A DNA stretch of 64,000 nt from sequence record NC_047815.1; one strand, 5' to 3'. The notes under the pieces are model-generated. The model ran no database searches, was not told the DNA's origin, and saw only the letters and a program-made list of their open reading frames with translations. A program made the translations under genes and the position numbers. This document shows positions 27,618 to 36,575 of this stretch, one piece after another. Position 1 is the first letter of the stretch; every line of letters begins with the position of its first letter.

Positions 27618-28617
27618 AGATAAAGTAGTGGCTACTGGTGAGTCTAAAAAAGAGATAGCACAAACAATCTCTGGCTTGATTGCAGAGGACGATCATTACC
27701 GCAATCTTCGTGCAAAGATTCGTGCTGTGCTTGCGCCTTTATTGCTTCGTGATTCTTGCGCTCCGAAATATTCAGCTATGTCCTTGCTAGCTGCTCTGCA
27801 TAGGCTGTCTGATTGTTCCAGCCAGTGCAGTCTTGCTCGACACAGCATACGTTTTATTGACGGTCAAGAGCCTAAGACTGAGGCCATTAAACCTCTTGGT
27901 AGCTTGCTTAGACTTACAGAAGACGACGCCCTCTTGATTATTAATAATGTTGTGCGTTTGCGTGGTCCTCGTGTTAATCGTGTTTTGCGTAGCTATGTTG
28001 ATTTGAACATCAACGAAATTCTGCCTAATTGGCAGCGCAGCGAAACAGCGATACGTAACGGCGCGTTCAATCAGCATGTTGAGTCCGCTAACATGACGAA
28101 TGCGGATATTGTTGATCGTACATTCATCCACAACAGTTCGCAACTTGCAGAAGCATTCGCACATTCTTTCTTGTCACATGTTATTCTCCACGGCATGAAT
28201 AACATTGGCAGTAAGCTTGGTGAGAACGGTTTGCTTGGTTGGACAAGCGTGTGTCTTGTTGTTGCTGTGCTTGACGCTGATAATAAGTGGGAATTCTGCT
28301 GTGTTGACTTGGCTCGCGGTCGTACCGTTCCTGTTATCCTTAATCGTTCTGTTGATCTACCTTCTGCGAAAGGTATTCGTAGTAGCAACGATCATTCAAA
28401 ACATCGCATTGAACTCAAAAGCAATACTGAACGATTTTCAGTAATGTTTGATCTCATGCCTGAATCATTTACTGGCCAGTTGTTTGATAGCTTTATTAAT
28501 CATCGTATGTTGCTGGGTGCGTATGGAATGAATGCCCATCGTGAAATCAACAATCCCAATTCTCGTGAGTTTGCAGAACTAGCCGCTGCTATGTATGAGA
28601 TAATGGAACATGACTAA
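27601..28617 (+). CDS. Hypothetical protein
   Basis: 338-aa ORF. Confidence 0.8.
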   Translation: MMTKNKDKVVATGESKKEIAQTISGLIAEDDHYRNLRAKIRAVLAPLLLRDSCAPKYSAMSLLAALHRLSDCSSQCSLARHSIRFIDGQEPKTEAIKPLGSLLRLTEDDALLIINNVVRLRGPRVNRVLRSYVDLNINEILPNWQRSETAIRNGAFNQHVESANMTNADIVDRTFIHNSSQLAEAFAHSFLSHVILHGMNNIGSKLGENGLLGWTSVCLVVAVLDADNKWEFCCVDLARGRTVPVILNRSVDLPSAKGIRSSNDHSKHRIELKSNTERFSVMFDLMPESFTGQLFDSFINHRMLLGAYGMNAHREINNPNSREFAELAAAMYEIMEHD

Positions 28618-29254
28618 ACTCAACGAGCAGGGCATACAGCGTCTCAAGGAAATGATAGACCAGCTACGCACTAAAACCGCTGGAGCAAAAACGTTGTATG
28701 ACACGGTAGACTTGGGCTTTGCTCGTCCAAGTGTGACCGTATTCGAAATTGTTCAAGGCAGCTACTGCCTAGACCTGATGCTGAGTGAATCAGCATTGTG
28801 TGCGATAGACGAAACACTGGTACCCGAACTACTGGACCTTGCCGCAGATTGCAGCGTTGGTCTTTTTCTTACGTGTGCTGCCGAACTTGCTGAGCGTGCT
28901 CGTGCTCTCCACAAGCATATCTTTATGGCTCGTAGCTACCACACGTTTGCCTATCTTCACGGTGCAGGGTTGTTATACACAGTTGTTATCTTCTCGGATA
29001 AAGGACGGTATCTGAGTGCTATGTCGCTTTTCGGACAAGTCGAAGGTCCTGCTCAATATGTTGAAGGCTGGAACATACCAGCTCCCAAATCTCTTGCAGA
29101 GATAGACCAAACCTCACCAGAAGAAATAGCAAAACGTTTCAAGATAAGACGCGATGATGTGATCAGCGTGACAGGCGATGCAGACACTGTGACCATCAAG
29201 CTGGCACGACAGGCACTGACGAAACGAGCAAAATTCTGGTCAAAACAGCGTTAG
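28610..29254 (+). CDS. Hypothetical protein
   Basis: 214-aa ORF. Confidence 0.8.
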   Translation: MTKLNEQGIQRLKEMIDQLRTKTAGAKTLYDTVDLGFARPSVTVFEIVQGSYCLDLMLSESALCAIDETLVPELLDLAADCSVGLFLTCAAELAERARALHKHIFMARSYHTFAYLHGAGLLYTVVIFSDKGRYLSAMSLFGQVEGPAQYVEGWNIPAPKSLAEIDQTSPEEIAKRFKIRRDDVISVTGDADTVTIKLARQALTKRAKFWSKQR

Positions 29255-29280
29255 TATTGCGTGGTACTATGTGATACTAT
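29229..29280 (+). promoter_or_regulatory. GGTCAAAA-class promoter
   Basis: GGTCAAAA 29238; TG-A-TACTAT 29275. Confidence 0.8.
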
Positions 29281-29363
29281 ATCTGTGCAGCGCAAGCTGC
29301 TACTACACTATAGTCCTCGATGACTATCACGCGAAAGCGTTTATTAATAAGGATAATATTTCA

Positions 29364-29663
29364 ATGGCAATTTCACGCAAGAAAGCTGTAGACACAATGG
29401 CAAAGGTTTACGGTTCTAACCACGCTCGTTATCAACTTATGTTGATGAAGGAAGATATGACTGCGAATGACTTGTTCAAGTTTCGTGAACATGTTATCAC
29501 TGAAATCCAGCGTGGCGAGAACCCTCTGACCGCAATTGACAACATGGTAGAGACTGCAATTCGTACAACTCTGTTAGAGCGCCGTATGAGCAACGCGTAT
29601 AACCCGCAGCTCCGCGATGTGCTGACCGATGAAATCCGTGCTGAATTACAGAAACTCAACTGA
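29364..29663 (+). CDS. Hypothetical protein
   Basis: TAAGGA SD. Confidence 0.75.
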   Translation: MAISRKKAVDTMAKVYGSNHARYQLMLMKEDMTANDLFKFREHVITEIQRGENPLTAIDNMVETAIRTTLLERRMSNAYNPQLRDVLTDEIRAELQKLN

Positions 29664-29676
29664 GAAGGAACTCACT

Positions 29677-30195
29677 GTGAAAAAGTCAACTAAGAAAATT
29701 TTGTGTGCAATCGGTGCTGGCGTTGTAACGGCAGGTGCTGTAGTAGGTGCTGTAGTTCTATTGGGCAGAAGTGATAATACGCATCATGCGTCGGTCATCA
29801 CTCACGGTCTGAAAGAGCTGGGCAAAGCAGTTGGTGGCGATAGTATGTTAGCGGGCGTTGCTGTAGTTGCAGCCACTCCTGTTGCTGCGATGGCTACTGG
29901 TTATGGTGCAGGTCAACTTGCGTTTGGTGATGATGAACCTCAAACAATCATCAAGTATGTTGAGCGTAATCCTGAACCGACCGCTGCTGAACGTGCTGAG
30001 GCCGCTCGTCGTGTCTACGAGGCAACTCGTTACGCGTATGAGAATGATAACATCGCTGCATATGATCGTTGGGAAGAGGAGCAACGTCGCCGCAGTGCGA
30101 TGCATCCTTGGAACACGTCAAGCAATGTTATTCCTCTTACTAAAGTTTCTGCTGAGTATTTTCTGTCTCAGGATGAGCTTGATGAAGCTATCTAG
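29677..30195 (+). CDS. Gly/Ala-rich membrane protein
   Basis: AAGGA SD, GTG start; two hydrophobic glycine-rich helices. Confidence 0.7.
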   Translation: MKKSTKKILCAIGAGVVTAGAVVGAVVLLGRSDNTHHASVITHGLKELGKAVGGDSMLAGVAVVAATPVAAMATGYGAGQLAFGDDEPQTIIKYVERNPEPTAAERAEAARRVYEATRYAYENDNIAAYDRWEEEQRRRSAMHPWNTSSNVIPLTKVSAEYFLSQDELDEAI

Positions 30196-30255
30196 TTTGT
30201 ATCATTTACGCGCTGTCTTGAGGGGCAGCGCATTTTAAGATCTAAGGAGAGTAAC

Positions 30256-30858
30256 TTGAACGATTCTAAGGACTACATTATGGACCACACAGCCTTGTAT
30301 GTTTTGACTCATGTTCGCGCAATTGTCCAGCTCCGCAAACTGAACATGATGCCTGCCGAAGAAGTATGGCGTCAGGTGTACATGACGCAAATGAAAGCGC
30401 GTGATGTTATCGACAACCCGCTCAACACCCTTGCAGTGCCTGCAGGTACGCGTGCGCTTGTTAGCGAACTGCATCAAGCCCTGTTTCCTGTTGGTGATAA
30501 ACTGACGTGGGAACAACGCGTGATGATGATCGAAGTCTACATCCGCGAAGAGATTGAACGCTGCGTAGGCGCTAAGTTCATCTGGCCTCACATGTACGAC
30601 GAAGAAGCATTGAAGTTACTTGGCTTTAACGAGACAAACATCGAGGGTTTCTATCAGGTGCCTTACTATATGATAGATCACTTGTCGCGTGACAGTCTGT
30701 TGTTCTTTATGGATGGCAACTTCACTACTACGATTGAACGTAGTGAACCTCTGCAAGGATACGGTCCTGATCAGAGTGGCATGTTGCCACTAGGTATGTA
30801 TGCATTGGGTGCTATGCCTGACGCTCACAAACATCATTTCTTTTTGGAGACAAACTAA
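30256..30858 (+). CDS. Hypothetical protein
   Basis: TAAGGAG SD, TTG start. Confidence 0.75.
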   Translation: MNDSKDYIMDHTALYVLTHVRAIVQLRKLNMMPAEEVWRQVYMTQMKARDVIDNPLNTLAVPAGTRALVSELHQALFPVGDKLTWEQRVMMIEVYIREEIERCVGAKFIWPHMYDEEALKLLGFNETNIEGFYQVPYYMIDHLSRDSLLFFMDGNFTTTIERSEPLQGYGPDQSGMLPLGMYALGAMPDAHKHHFFLETN

Positions 30859-31295
30859 TGGGCGTAGTTAATGGTATTGACGCACACAACTTCCCAACGC
30901 AAAGCCGTGACGTTGGCGTTAAGAGCTTGTTAGAAACACCTCATGGTAAATATCCTGCTGTAGCTGTTCGTCGTGACCGGGAAGAACCGAACGACGTTAT
31001 CTGGCGCATCGACGGTGAACTGCTGCCTATCGATATGCAGTTCGGCTCTGCGCAGCACGCCTACATTTCTCAGCGCAGTCTGGACAGTTATCCGAATGAA
31101 CCGTTCATTCGTGCTCGCGGTAAATTTTGCATGGAAGGCAAAACAACTGCCATCTGCTTCCGTTACAACACTAAAGAATCATGCGAAGGCATTTGCGTAT
31201 ATGATCGTGGACCATTCACTGTGTTCCTGATTACCACAGGTCCACACGAAGGTCGCTACGTCAGCGCACACGAATGTCAGTACAGTCACTGCTGA
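30858..31295 (+). CDS. Hypothetical protein
   Basis: GGAG SD, coupled. Confidence 0.8.
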   Translation: MGVVNGIDAHNFPTQSRDVGVKSLLETPHGKYPAVAVRRDREEPNDVIWRIDGELLPIDMQFGSAQHAYISQRSLDSYPNEPFIRARGKFCMEGKTTAICFRYNTKESCEGICVYDRGPFTVFLITTGPHEGRYVSAHECQYSHC

Positions 31296-31319
31296 TTCTG
31301 TAAAGACAAGAGGTCAACA

Positions 31320-31499
31320 ATGAAATACCAAATTCTGGTGATCACCAGCCGAAACAATAACAATGTCGGAGGTGTTGGCGTTTCTCAAGCAGTTGTCGAA
31401 TTTGACGCACGCGGCGATGCTGATGTAGCTTTCGATAAAATCGAGCTTGCAGCTAAAAGTGATAGTCACCATGAAATCAAACCAATCAAATTGTATTAA
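31320..31499 (+). CDS. 59-aa protein absent from the ORF track
   Basis: GAGGT SD; MKYQILVITSRNNNNVGGVGVSQAVVEFDARGDADVAFDKIELAAKSDSHHEIKPIKLY. Confidence 0.75.
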   Translation: MKYQILVITSRNNNNVGGVGVSQAVVEFDARGDADVAFDKIELAAKSDSHHEIKPIKLY

Positions 31500-31507
31500 G
31501 GACCATC

Positions 31508-31999
31508 ATGTTCATTCAGATTAAACCTCACGTCGCTAACTTCATCGCACCTAAACGCGGTTCCGCGCAGGCTGCTGGTCTGGATATCTTTGCTCAAGAA
31601 GATATGACTATCACAGAAGAAACTCAGATGATTGATCTGGGCTTTCGTGCTGCTGTGCCTGAAGGCTATTGTGCTGTTCTGTTACCTCGCAGTGGTAGCG
31701 GTGCTAAGTACAACATGCAACTGTCTAACACGCTGGGTCTGATTGATAGCGACTATCGTGGTCCATGGATGGCGGCCATTCACTTGGGAGGTAAAGGCAC
31801 TAAAGCAAATGATATTGATCATTGGACTGGTGAGTCATATCGCAAGAGCCTTGAGTTCAAGCGTGGTGAAGCAATTGGTCAGATGATCTTTATCGAAGTG
31901 CCTCTGTTTGATGTTGTGGTCTGTGAGGCAACAGAGCTACCTAGCACATTACGCGGTGAAGGTGGTTTCGGCAGCACGGACAAGCAGCCTAGCGAGTAA
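31508..31999 (+). CDS. dut: Trimeric dUTPase
   Basis: Five motifs: AGLDI, PRSG, GLIDSDYRG, GEAIGQ, RGEGGFGST. Confidence 0.95.
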   Translation: MFIQIKPHVANFIAPKRGSAQAAGLDIFAQEDMTITEETQMIDLGFRAAVPEGYCAVLLPRSGSGAKYNMQLSNTLGLIDSDYRGPWMAAIHLGGKGTKANDIDHWTGESYRKSLEFKRGEAIGQMIFIEVPLFDVVVCEATELPSTLRGEGGFGSTDKQPSE

Positions 32000-32084
32000 T
32001 CTGATTATGGGCCTTGCGTGGGCCCATGTTCTATTCAACACTAATTTCACCAAGTGGGGTGAATATGATTATTGAGATACCGTT

Positions 32085-32396
32085 ATGGCAAGAAAGTATT
32101 TACTCCGCTCAGAGCGACCAACAACTCTGCCTAATCTCAGAGCGTACTTGTTGTATTGCGCAAGGACTCCAAACAAGCACAAAGAAGTGTTCCGACATTA
32201 CTACGAACGAAGCAAGACAGAACTACATCGTCAGCGTTTCTTCTTAGGGAACCTGTTCGGCTTTAAGGTTAAGTCCAAAAAGGGCGCAGTCCGTTATACA
32301 GTGATTTGGATTGATCCGTATAACTATGACTGTCTAGTATTAGATCATGTGGAGAAGAAGCCTAAATACAAAAACCTTTACGGCCTGATTCTTTAA
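32085..32396 (+). CDS. Basic hypothetical protein
   Basis: ORF track. Confidence 0.7.
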   Translation: MARKYLLRSERPTTLPNLRAYLLYCARTPNKHKEVFRHYYERSKTELHRQRFFLGNLFGFKVKSKKGAVRYTVIWIDPYNYDCLVLDHVEKKPKYKNLYGLIL

Positions 32397-32435
32397 TTAG
32401 GTCCTAGCGCCGAATTCACTAGGAGAAACTAACTG

Positions 32436-33107
32436 ATGGTAACTGTTTTAAACAATCGCACTGATGAGGTAATGAGACGCCTGAATGTCTTTATATGGTC
32501 ACTGGTCGTAACGCTGTGTATTCTCTACAGCGCCATAATCAGCTTTCAGGCACAAGCCAGTTTATCGACTGAGCCCGACAACACTATACACATGCAAAAC
32601 ATCGTTTCTCTTGATCCTGAGAATCGTGTTGCCCTAAAATACTTAGAAGACTTGGAGCGAAGACGAGAACATCAAAAACTCTTGGCAGCGTCTACCAGTC
32701 ATAAAAGACTTAATGCTATTTATTCACATTTACCGCGGCCCAAAGACCTTGGCCTCGAATTTGATCGCGCTGCAAAGAAATACAACGTTAGCGCAAGATT
32801 GCTGCTGTCAATGTGTGTCACTGAATCTCACCTAGGCGTCAAGAAAAGAAACCGAAGTGGGGCAACAGGCATTTGTCAGATCATCCCGTCACAGCACGGC
32901 ACGACAGCTAGAGCCATGCTGGACTACAGAAAGAACATCGATATGGCTGCTAGCATTCTAGCAGATTACGCACAGCAATGTGGTGGGCAGTGGTGTGCCG
33001 TTCAGGCATACAATGTTGGTATTGGAGCATACAAGAAGGGCATTCGTGCCCGAGCATACTTAGCCAAAGTCAAGCGTGAATATAACAAACGAATCAGTGC
33101 AACCTGA
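32436..33107 (+). CDS. SLT-family lytic transglycosylase with N-terminal TM
   Basis: MCVTES (catalytic Glu), GATGICQI, NIDMAASIL, AYNVG. Confidence 0.85.
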   Translation: MVTVLNNRTDEVMRRLNVFIWSLVVTLCILYSAIISFQAQASLSTEPDNTIHMQNIVSLDPENRVALKYLEDLERRREHQKLLAASTSHKRLNAIYSHLPRPKDLGLEFDRAAKKYNVSARLLLSMCVTESHLGVKKRNRSGATGICQIIPSQHGTTARAMLDYRKNIDMAASILADYAQQCGGQWCAVQAYNVGIGAYKKGIRARAYLAKVKREYNKRISAT

Positions 33108-33117
33108 GGAATAATGA

Positions 33118-33846
33118 ATGAAAATCAATCTTGAAGATCTGTATACTGTACAGTGTGAACTCCTGAAACCTTTTTCACCTTCTCAGGAATTTGCACTAAT
33201 CAATCTGCTGTTGGAAAACGTTGACGACAACGAGCTTGAAAAGTTTGGTCACAACGTTGTTCATGCTTACCCTCACTTGGACCGTCTGTACAGCGGCTTT
33301 GTGAATGCAAGTCAGAACGTAAGCAACGTCGTACCATTTGCCGTGCCTGTTACAGACAGCGACCACGCAATGGAAGATTTGCTTCACGACAGCGAAGGTC
33401 AGTTGTCACTTGCTCCAGATTTGATTGCCATTCTCGATCAGGCATTCGAACGTATTCCAGAGCGCGAAGTTCATGTTGACGAACTCAACTTTCCTGTTGA
33501 GCGTACAGAACTTGCTGTTGGTCATATCGCACAGGCTGCTATGTCAGCACTGCGTAGTGGACTTGCGCCGATTGTTGTGCGTGCGTCAAAAGACCAACGT
33601 GCTAATCGAATTGATCGCTTGCTTACATTCAAAGCACTTGGAAGTGTGTTCAATACCGACGTGCGCGAACAGATTCCTGAATCTCGTTGGCAGCGTCCGC
33701 AGAGTATGTGGCAGCGTGCGCATATCGATCAGATTGTTAGTCGTATGTCTGCCCGCCAGCCAGAAGCTGATTACACAATCACTATGGCTCGGCAGCCAGG
33801 TAAAGCGTCGATGGTAAACATGCTCAAGGCGCGTGCTACAAACTAA
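33118..33846 (+). CDS. Hypothetical protein
   Basis: GAGGA SD. Confidence 0.8.
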   Translation: MKINLEDLYTVQCELLKPFSPSQEFALINLLLENVDDNELEKFGHNVVHAYPHLDRLYSGFVNASQNVSNVVPFAVPVTDSDHAMEDLLHDSEGQLSLAPDLIAILDQAFERIPEREVHVDELNFPVERTELAVGHIAQAAMSALRSGLAPIVVRASKDQRANRIDRLLTFKALGSVFNTDVREQIPESRWQRPQSMWQRAHIDQIVSRMSARQPEADYTITMARQPGKASMVNMLKARATN

Positions 33847-33856
33847 ACTATCCAGC

Positions 33857-33883
33857 GGGAGACCTTAAACGGTTTCCCCTTTT
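33857..33883 (+). terminator. Intrinsic terminator
   Basis: GGGAGACC-TTAAAC-GGTTTCCC-CTTTT. Confidence 0.7.
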
Positions 33884-33906
33884 CATTTCTACCGAGGAAT
33901 TTTTAA

Positions 33907-34677
33907 ATGATGCATCGTCGACCTCAGCACATGACCTTCACCGAGTTTCAAAAGCACGTAGATACTTTCTTTGATGCTGCTATCACAACCTACGGGCTTG
34001 AGAACTTGTGGCAGTATGTGTGCCAGAACAACACCTCTTGCAGTGGGCACAACTATCACTCTACGCGTCACATGCGTGAAGTAACATCGATTGCTTTCTG
34101 GTTGTTGCTAAAAGACTTTGATCGTGAGGTGTTTGGTAAAGACAAAGATCAGAACCACGCACAAGATGAAGTCCGCGCGATGTTGGCAGCATGTATGATT
34201 CACGATATGGACCACTCGCTCGGTCATCAAGACGATGCGTGGAACATCAACACTGCTATCGATGCGCTGGTTGAATACGTTAAACGTTACGGTGATGACA
34301 GCTTTGGATTCGTTGTTCATGCGGGCACAGGCATTGCTGAGATTGAACGCAATATCCGTACTACGCAGTTTCCATATCAATCTGATTGGGCACCTGCAAC
34401 TATCTACCAACAATGTATTCGTGACGCCGACATCCTGTACTCAATGCAAGACAATGCCTGTATGGCGGTACTTGAAAACTTACGCACAGAAATGTCAGTC
34501 ACTTATCCAAAGTACGCTGCAATGTCGCGTCGTCAATTCTTAGCAGACCGTCTGCCGTTCATTCGCAGTTGCGAAATGTTTACTCCGACGGGCCGTAGTG
34601 TAATGTCTTATCAAATTCAGAGCGGCCACCACGAGCGCGTGATGGATGCGTACATCGACAACGTAGAAAGCAAATAG
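33907..34677 (+). CDS. HD-domain phosphohydrolase
   Basis: YHSTRH...AACMIHDMDH...IRDADIL. Confidence 0.8.
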   Translation: MMHRRPQHMTFTEFQKHVDTFFDAAITTYGLENLWQYVCQNNTSCSGHNYHSTRHMREVTSIAFWLLLKDFDREVFGKDKDQNHAQDEVRAMLAACMIHDMDHSLGHQDDAWNINTAIDALVEYVKRYGDDSFGFVVHAGTGIAEIERNIRTTQFPYQSDWAPATIYQQCIRDADILYSMQDNACMAVLENLRTEMSVTYPKYAAMSRRQFLADRLPFIRSCEMFTPTGRSVMSYQIQSGHHERVMDAYIDNVESK

Positions 34678-34722
34678 TTGGTCGAAACTGTGATAGTGAC
34701 GCAGACCTTCTCCTGATATAAT
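34671..34722 (+). promoter_or_regulatory. GGTCAAAA-class promoter
   Basis: GGTCGAAA 34680; TG-A-TATAAT 34717. Confidence 0.8.
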
Positions 34723-34748
34723 AAACATGCAGGCTGCAACAGATGCAG

Positions 34749-34783
34749 CAAACTTCACTCCGTTAGGAAACTTCGCTATGAAA
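34749..34783 (+). repeat. 35-nt exact repeat containing SD and start codon, copy 1
   Basis: CAAACTTCACTCCGTTAGGAAACTTCGCTATGAAA, identical at 38326. Confidence 0.9.
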
Positions 34784-35338
34784 CAAGAAACAAGAAACAA
34801 TATGGCTCATGTTGCACGCAACTATGAAGGCAATGAAAAGACCCGCATTGAAACATTGATGATAGCAAACACAATGTTTGGTACAGGTATGTTTGATGAA
34901 CCTGATGCACCTACTAAACAGCGCCGTACCTTGTTTGCCATCCATGGCATCACGCTAGTACCTACGCAAGCATCACAAAACAGAATTGATAAAGCGTTGG
35001 ACAAAGCTGGTTTTCGTATCGACGCTATTTCACAAGATTCAAACCAAGCAGAGCAGTATGCAAACGTCTATTATCCTCAAATGGAACGGTTCACAACGTT
35101 TGTCGAAGAACTACAGGCGCTGCAAGAAATGGGGCCACTTGAATGTCTCGTCGTGCCTGTGTATCTCGATATGAACGGTGCGCGTTTTCTTGTGTACAGC
35201 CAAACATCTACACTTTACAACCGCGATGAAGTTCGCAAAGACTTTGAAGACTGGTTGATCAAGCGTTGGCCGAGATTTGCTAAAACACTTGGTATGGAAA
35301 TTGAAACAACAACTAAAATCTTTGAGCGTGGAGAATAA
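34778..35338 (+). CDS. Hypothetical protein
   Basis: Start within the repeated cassette. Confidence 0.8.
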   Translation: MKQETRNNMAHVARNYEGNEKTRIETLMIANTMFGTGMFDEPDAPTKQRRTLFAIHGITLVPTQASQNRIDKALDKAGFRIDAISQDSNQAEQYANVYYPQMERFTTFVEELQALQEMGPLECLVVPVYLDMNGARFLVYSQTSTLYNRDEVRKDFEDWLIKRWPRFAKTLGMEIETTTKIFERGE

Positions 35339-35340
35339 CA

Positions 35341-35781
35341 ATGAAACAGACTTTCAATGAACGCCGCAAGCATGTTGCAACGTTAGCCATTTATGTAAAG
35401 CTCAATAAAGATAGCTTGACTGCTTTCGGTCAGGCTGCAATGAAAGATCGCTCGGCAGCCTCAGCCGAACAGCTTGCAGAGTTTGGTATGATGCAGAACC
35501 GTCTACACCGTTTTCTTTGGGACGAAGGTCTGACTGCTGAAATCGGACTGCAAGCCAGCATGAACTTTGACTCTAATAGCAGCATTGGTACTAACGGTCA
35601 TATCTATCTGCACAGCGATATGTCAGACGGGCCTGGCTTTCATGCAGACTTCGATCATATGATTCGTGGCTTTCAACAAATCTGCCGCGATTACGGTTTT
35701 GAATTTACGTGGCGTGTGTTCTGGTGTGCAGAAGAATACAAGTCCAACCTTTCATACTTTGTGGGCGGCGCTCACGTATAA
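35341..35781 (+). CDS. Hypothetical protein
   Basis: GGAG SD. Confidence 0.8.
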   Translation: MKQTFNERRKHVATLAIYVKLNKDSLTAFGQAAMKDRSAASAEQLAEFGMMQNRLHRFLWDEGLTAEIGLQASMNFDSNSSIGTNGHIYLHSDMSDGPGFHADFDHMIRGFQQICRDYGFEFTWRVFWCAEEYKSNLSYFVGGAHV

Positions 35782-35790
35782 GGAAAAGCC

Positions 35791-36231
35791 ATGAACGAAT
35801 TACACTATGTATCACAGCTTATTGAACTGCGACTTACGCCAGGCGGTGATGTGTATTCGGCTCATCGTGCTTTTGTTAGCTTGTCGGGCGGAAAGATTCT
35901 TGATACGGGCCATGTACTGAACGTGACCGTACTCAAGATAGCTCGCAACACGCTAATGGTCAGTGTGCAACTGGAAGCGTATGACCCGAAACTTGTACGT
36001 ACCCTTAAAGCACGTTTGCATGTCTTTATGCGTCAAGTCCATAAACTATGTCTCAAGTATGATCTAGAGCTGAACGTACCTGAGCCAGTAACTGAACCGA
36101 GATCAAACAATGTCGAAGCACAAGAAAAAGAACAAGCACAAAGAACTAGAATTCAACCTAAGCCTCGGAAGGAAAATATTAGACCATGCCGTGTCGTTGT
36201 TGGCGGTGTCTCCTTCCACGTCGACGCGTAA
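35791..36231 (+). CDS. Hypothetical protein
   Basis: AAGGA SD; overlaps next ORF by 122 nt. Confidence 0.7.
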   Translation: MNELHYVSQLIELRLTPGGDVYSAHRAFVSLSGGKILDTGHVLNVTVLKIARNTLMVSVQLEAYDPKLVRTLKARLHVFMRQVHKLCLKYDLELNVPEPVTEPRSNNVEAQEKEQAQRTRIQPKPRKENIRPCRVVVGGVSFHVDA

Positions 36232-36565
36232 CGTTAAAGGCTCATATACAGTGCGCAAGCCTGACGACGCACAGGTCGAAGTCTGGTTCAATCAGCCCCA
36301 ACAAACCATAGTTGAGTTCGACCAAGAAATAACAAAGAAGGGCAAGTTTAAACTCAAGGCAGTTGTATCGCGTCGTGCTAAACAGCGCATTCGCTTTTGC
36401 TGTGAAGAAGCCCAGCAGATGTTGGTGCGAGAAATCAGTGAGGCTGATGCTGTTGAAGACAAGATCAATGCGATGCAGTGGCGTCGATTGATTGAAGCAA
36501 CCGAACGCGCTATTCGTATTCTGGTAATTGAAGCCTCGTTAAAAACATTTGAAATGAAACTCTAA
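36110..36565 (+). CDS. Basic hypothetical protein
   Basis: ORF track. Confidence 0.7.
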   Translation: MSKHKKKNKHKELEFNLSLGRKILDHAVSLLAVSPSTSTRNVKGSYTVRKPDDAQVEVWFNQPQQTIVEFDQEITKKGKFKLKAVVSRRAKQRIRFCCEEAQQMLVREISEADAVEDKINAMQWRRLIEATERAIRILVIEASLKTFEMKL

Positions 36566-36575
36566 AGGAAAAGAA

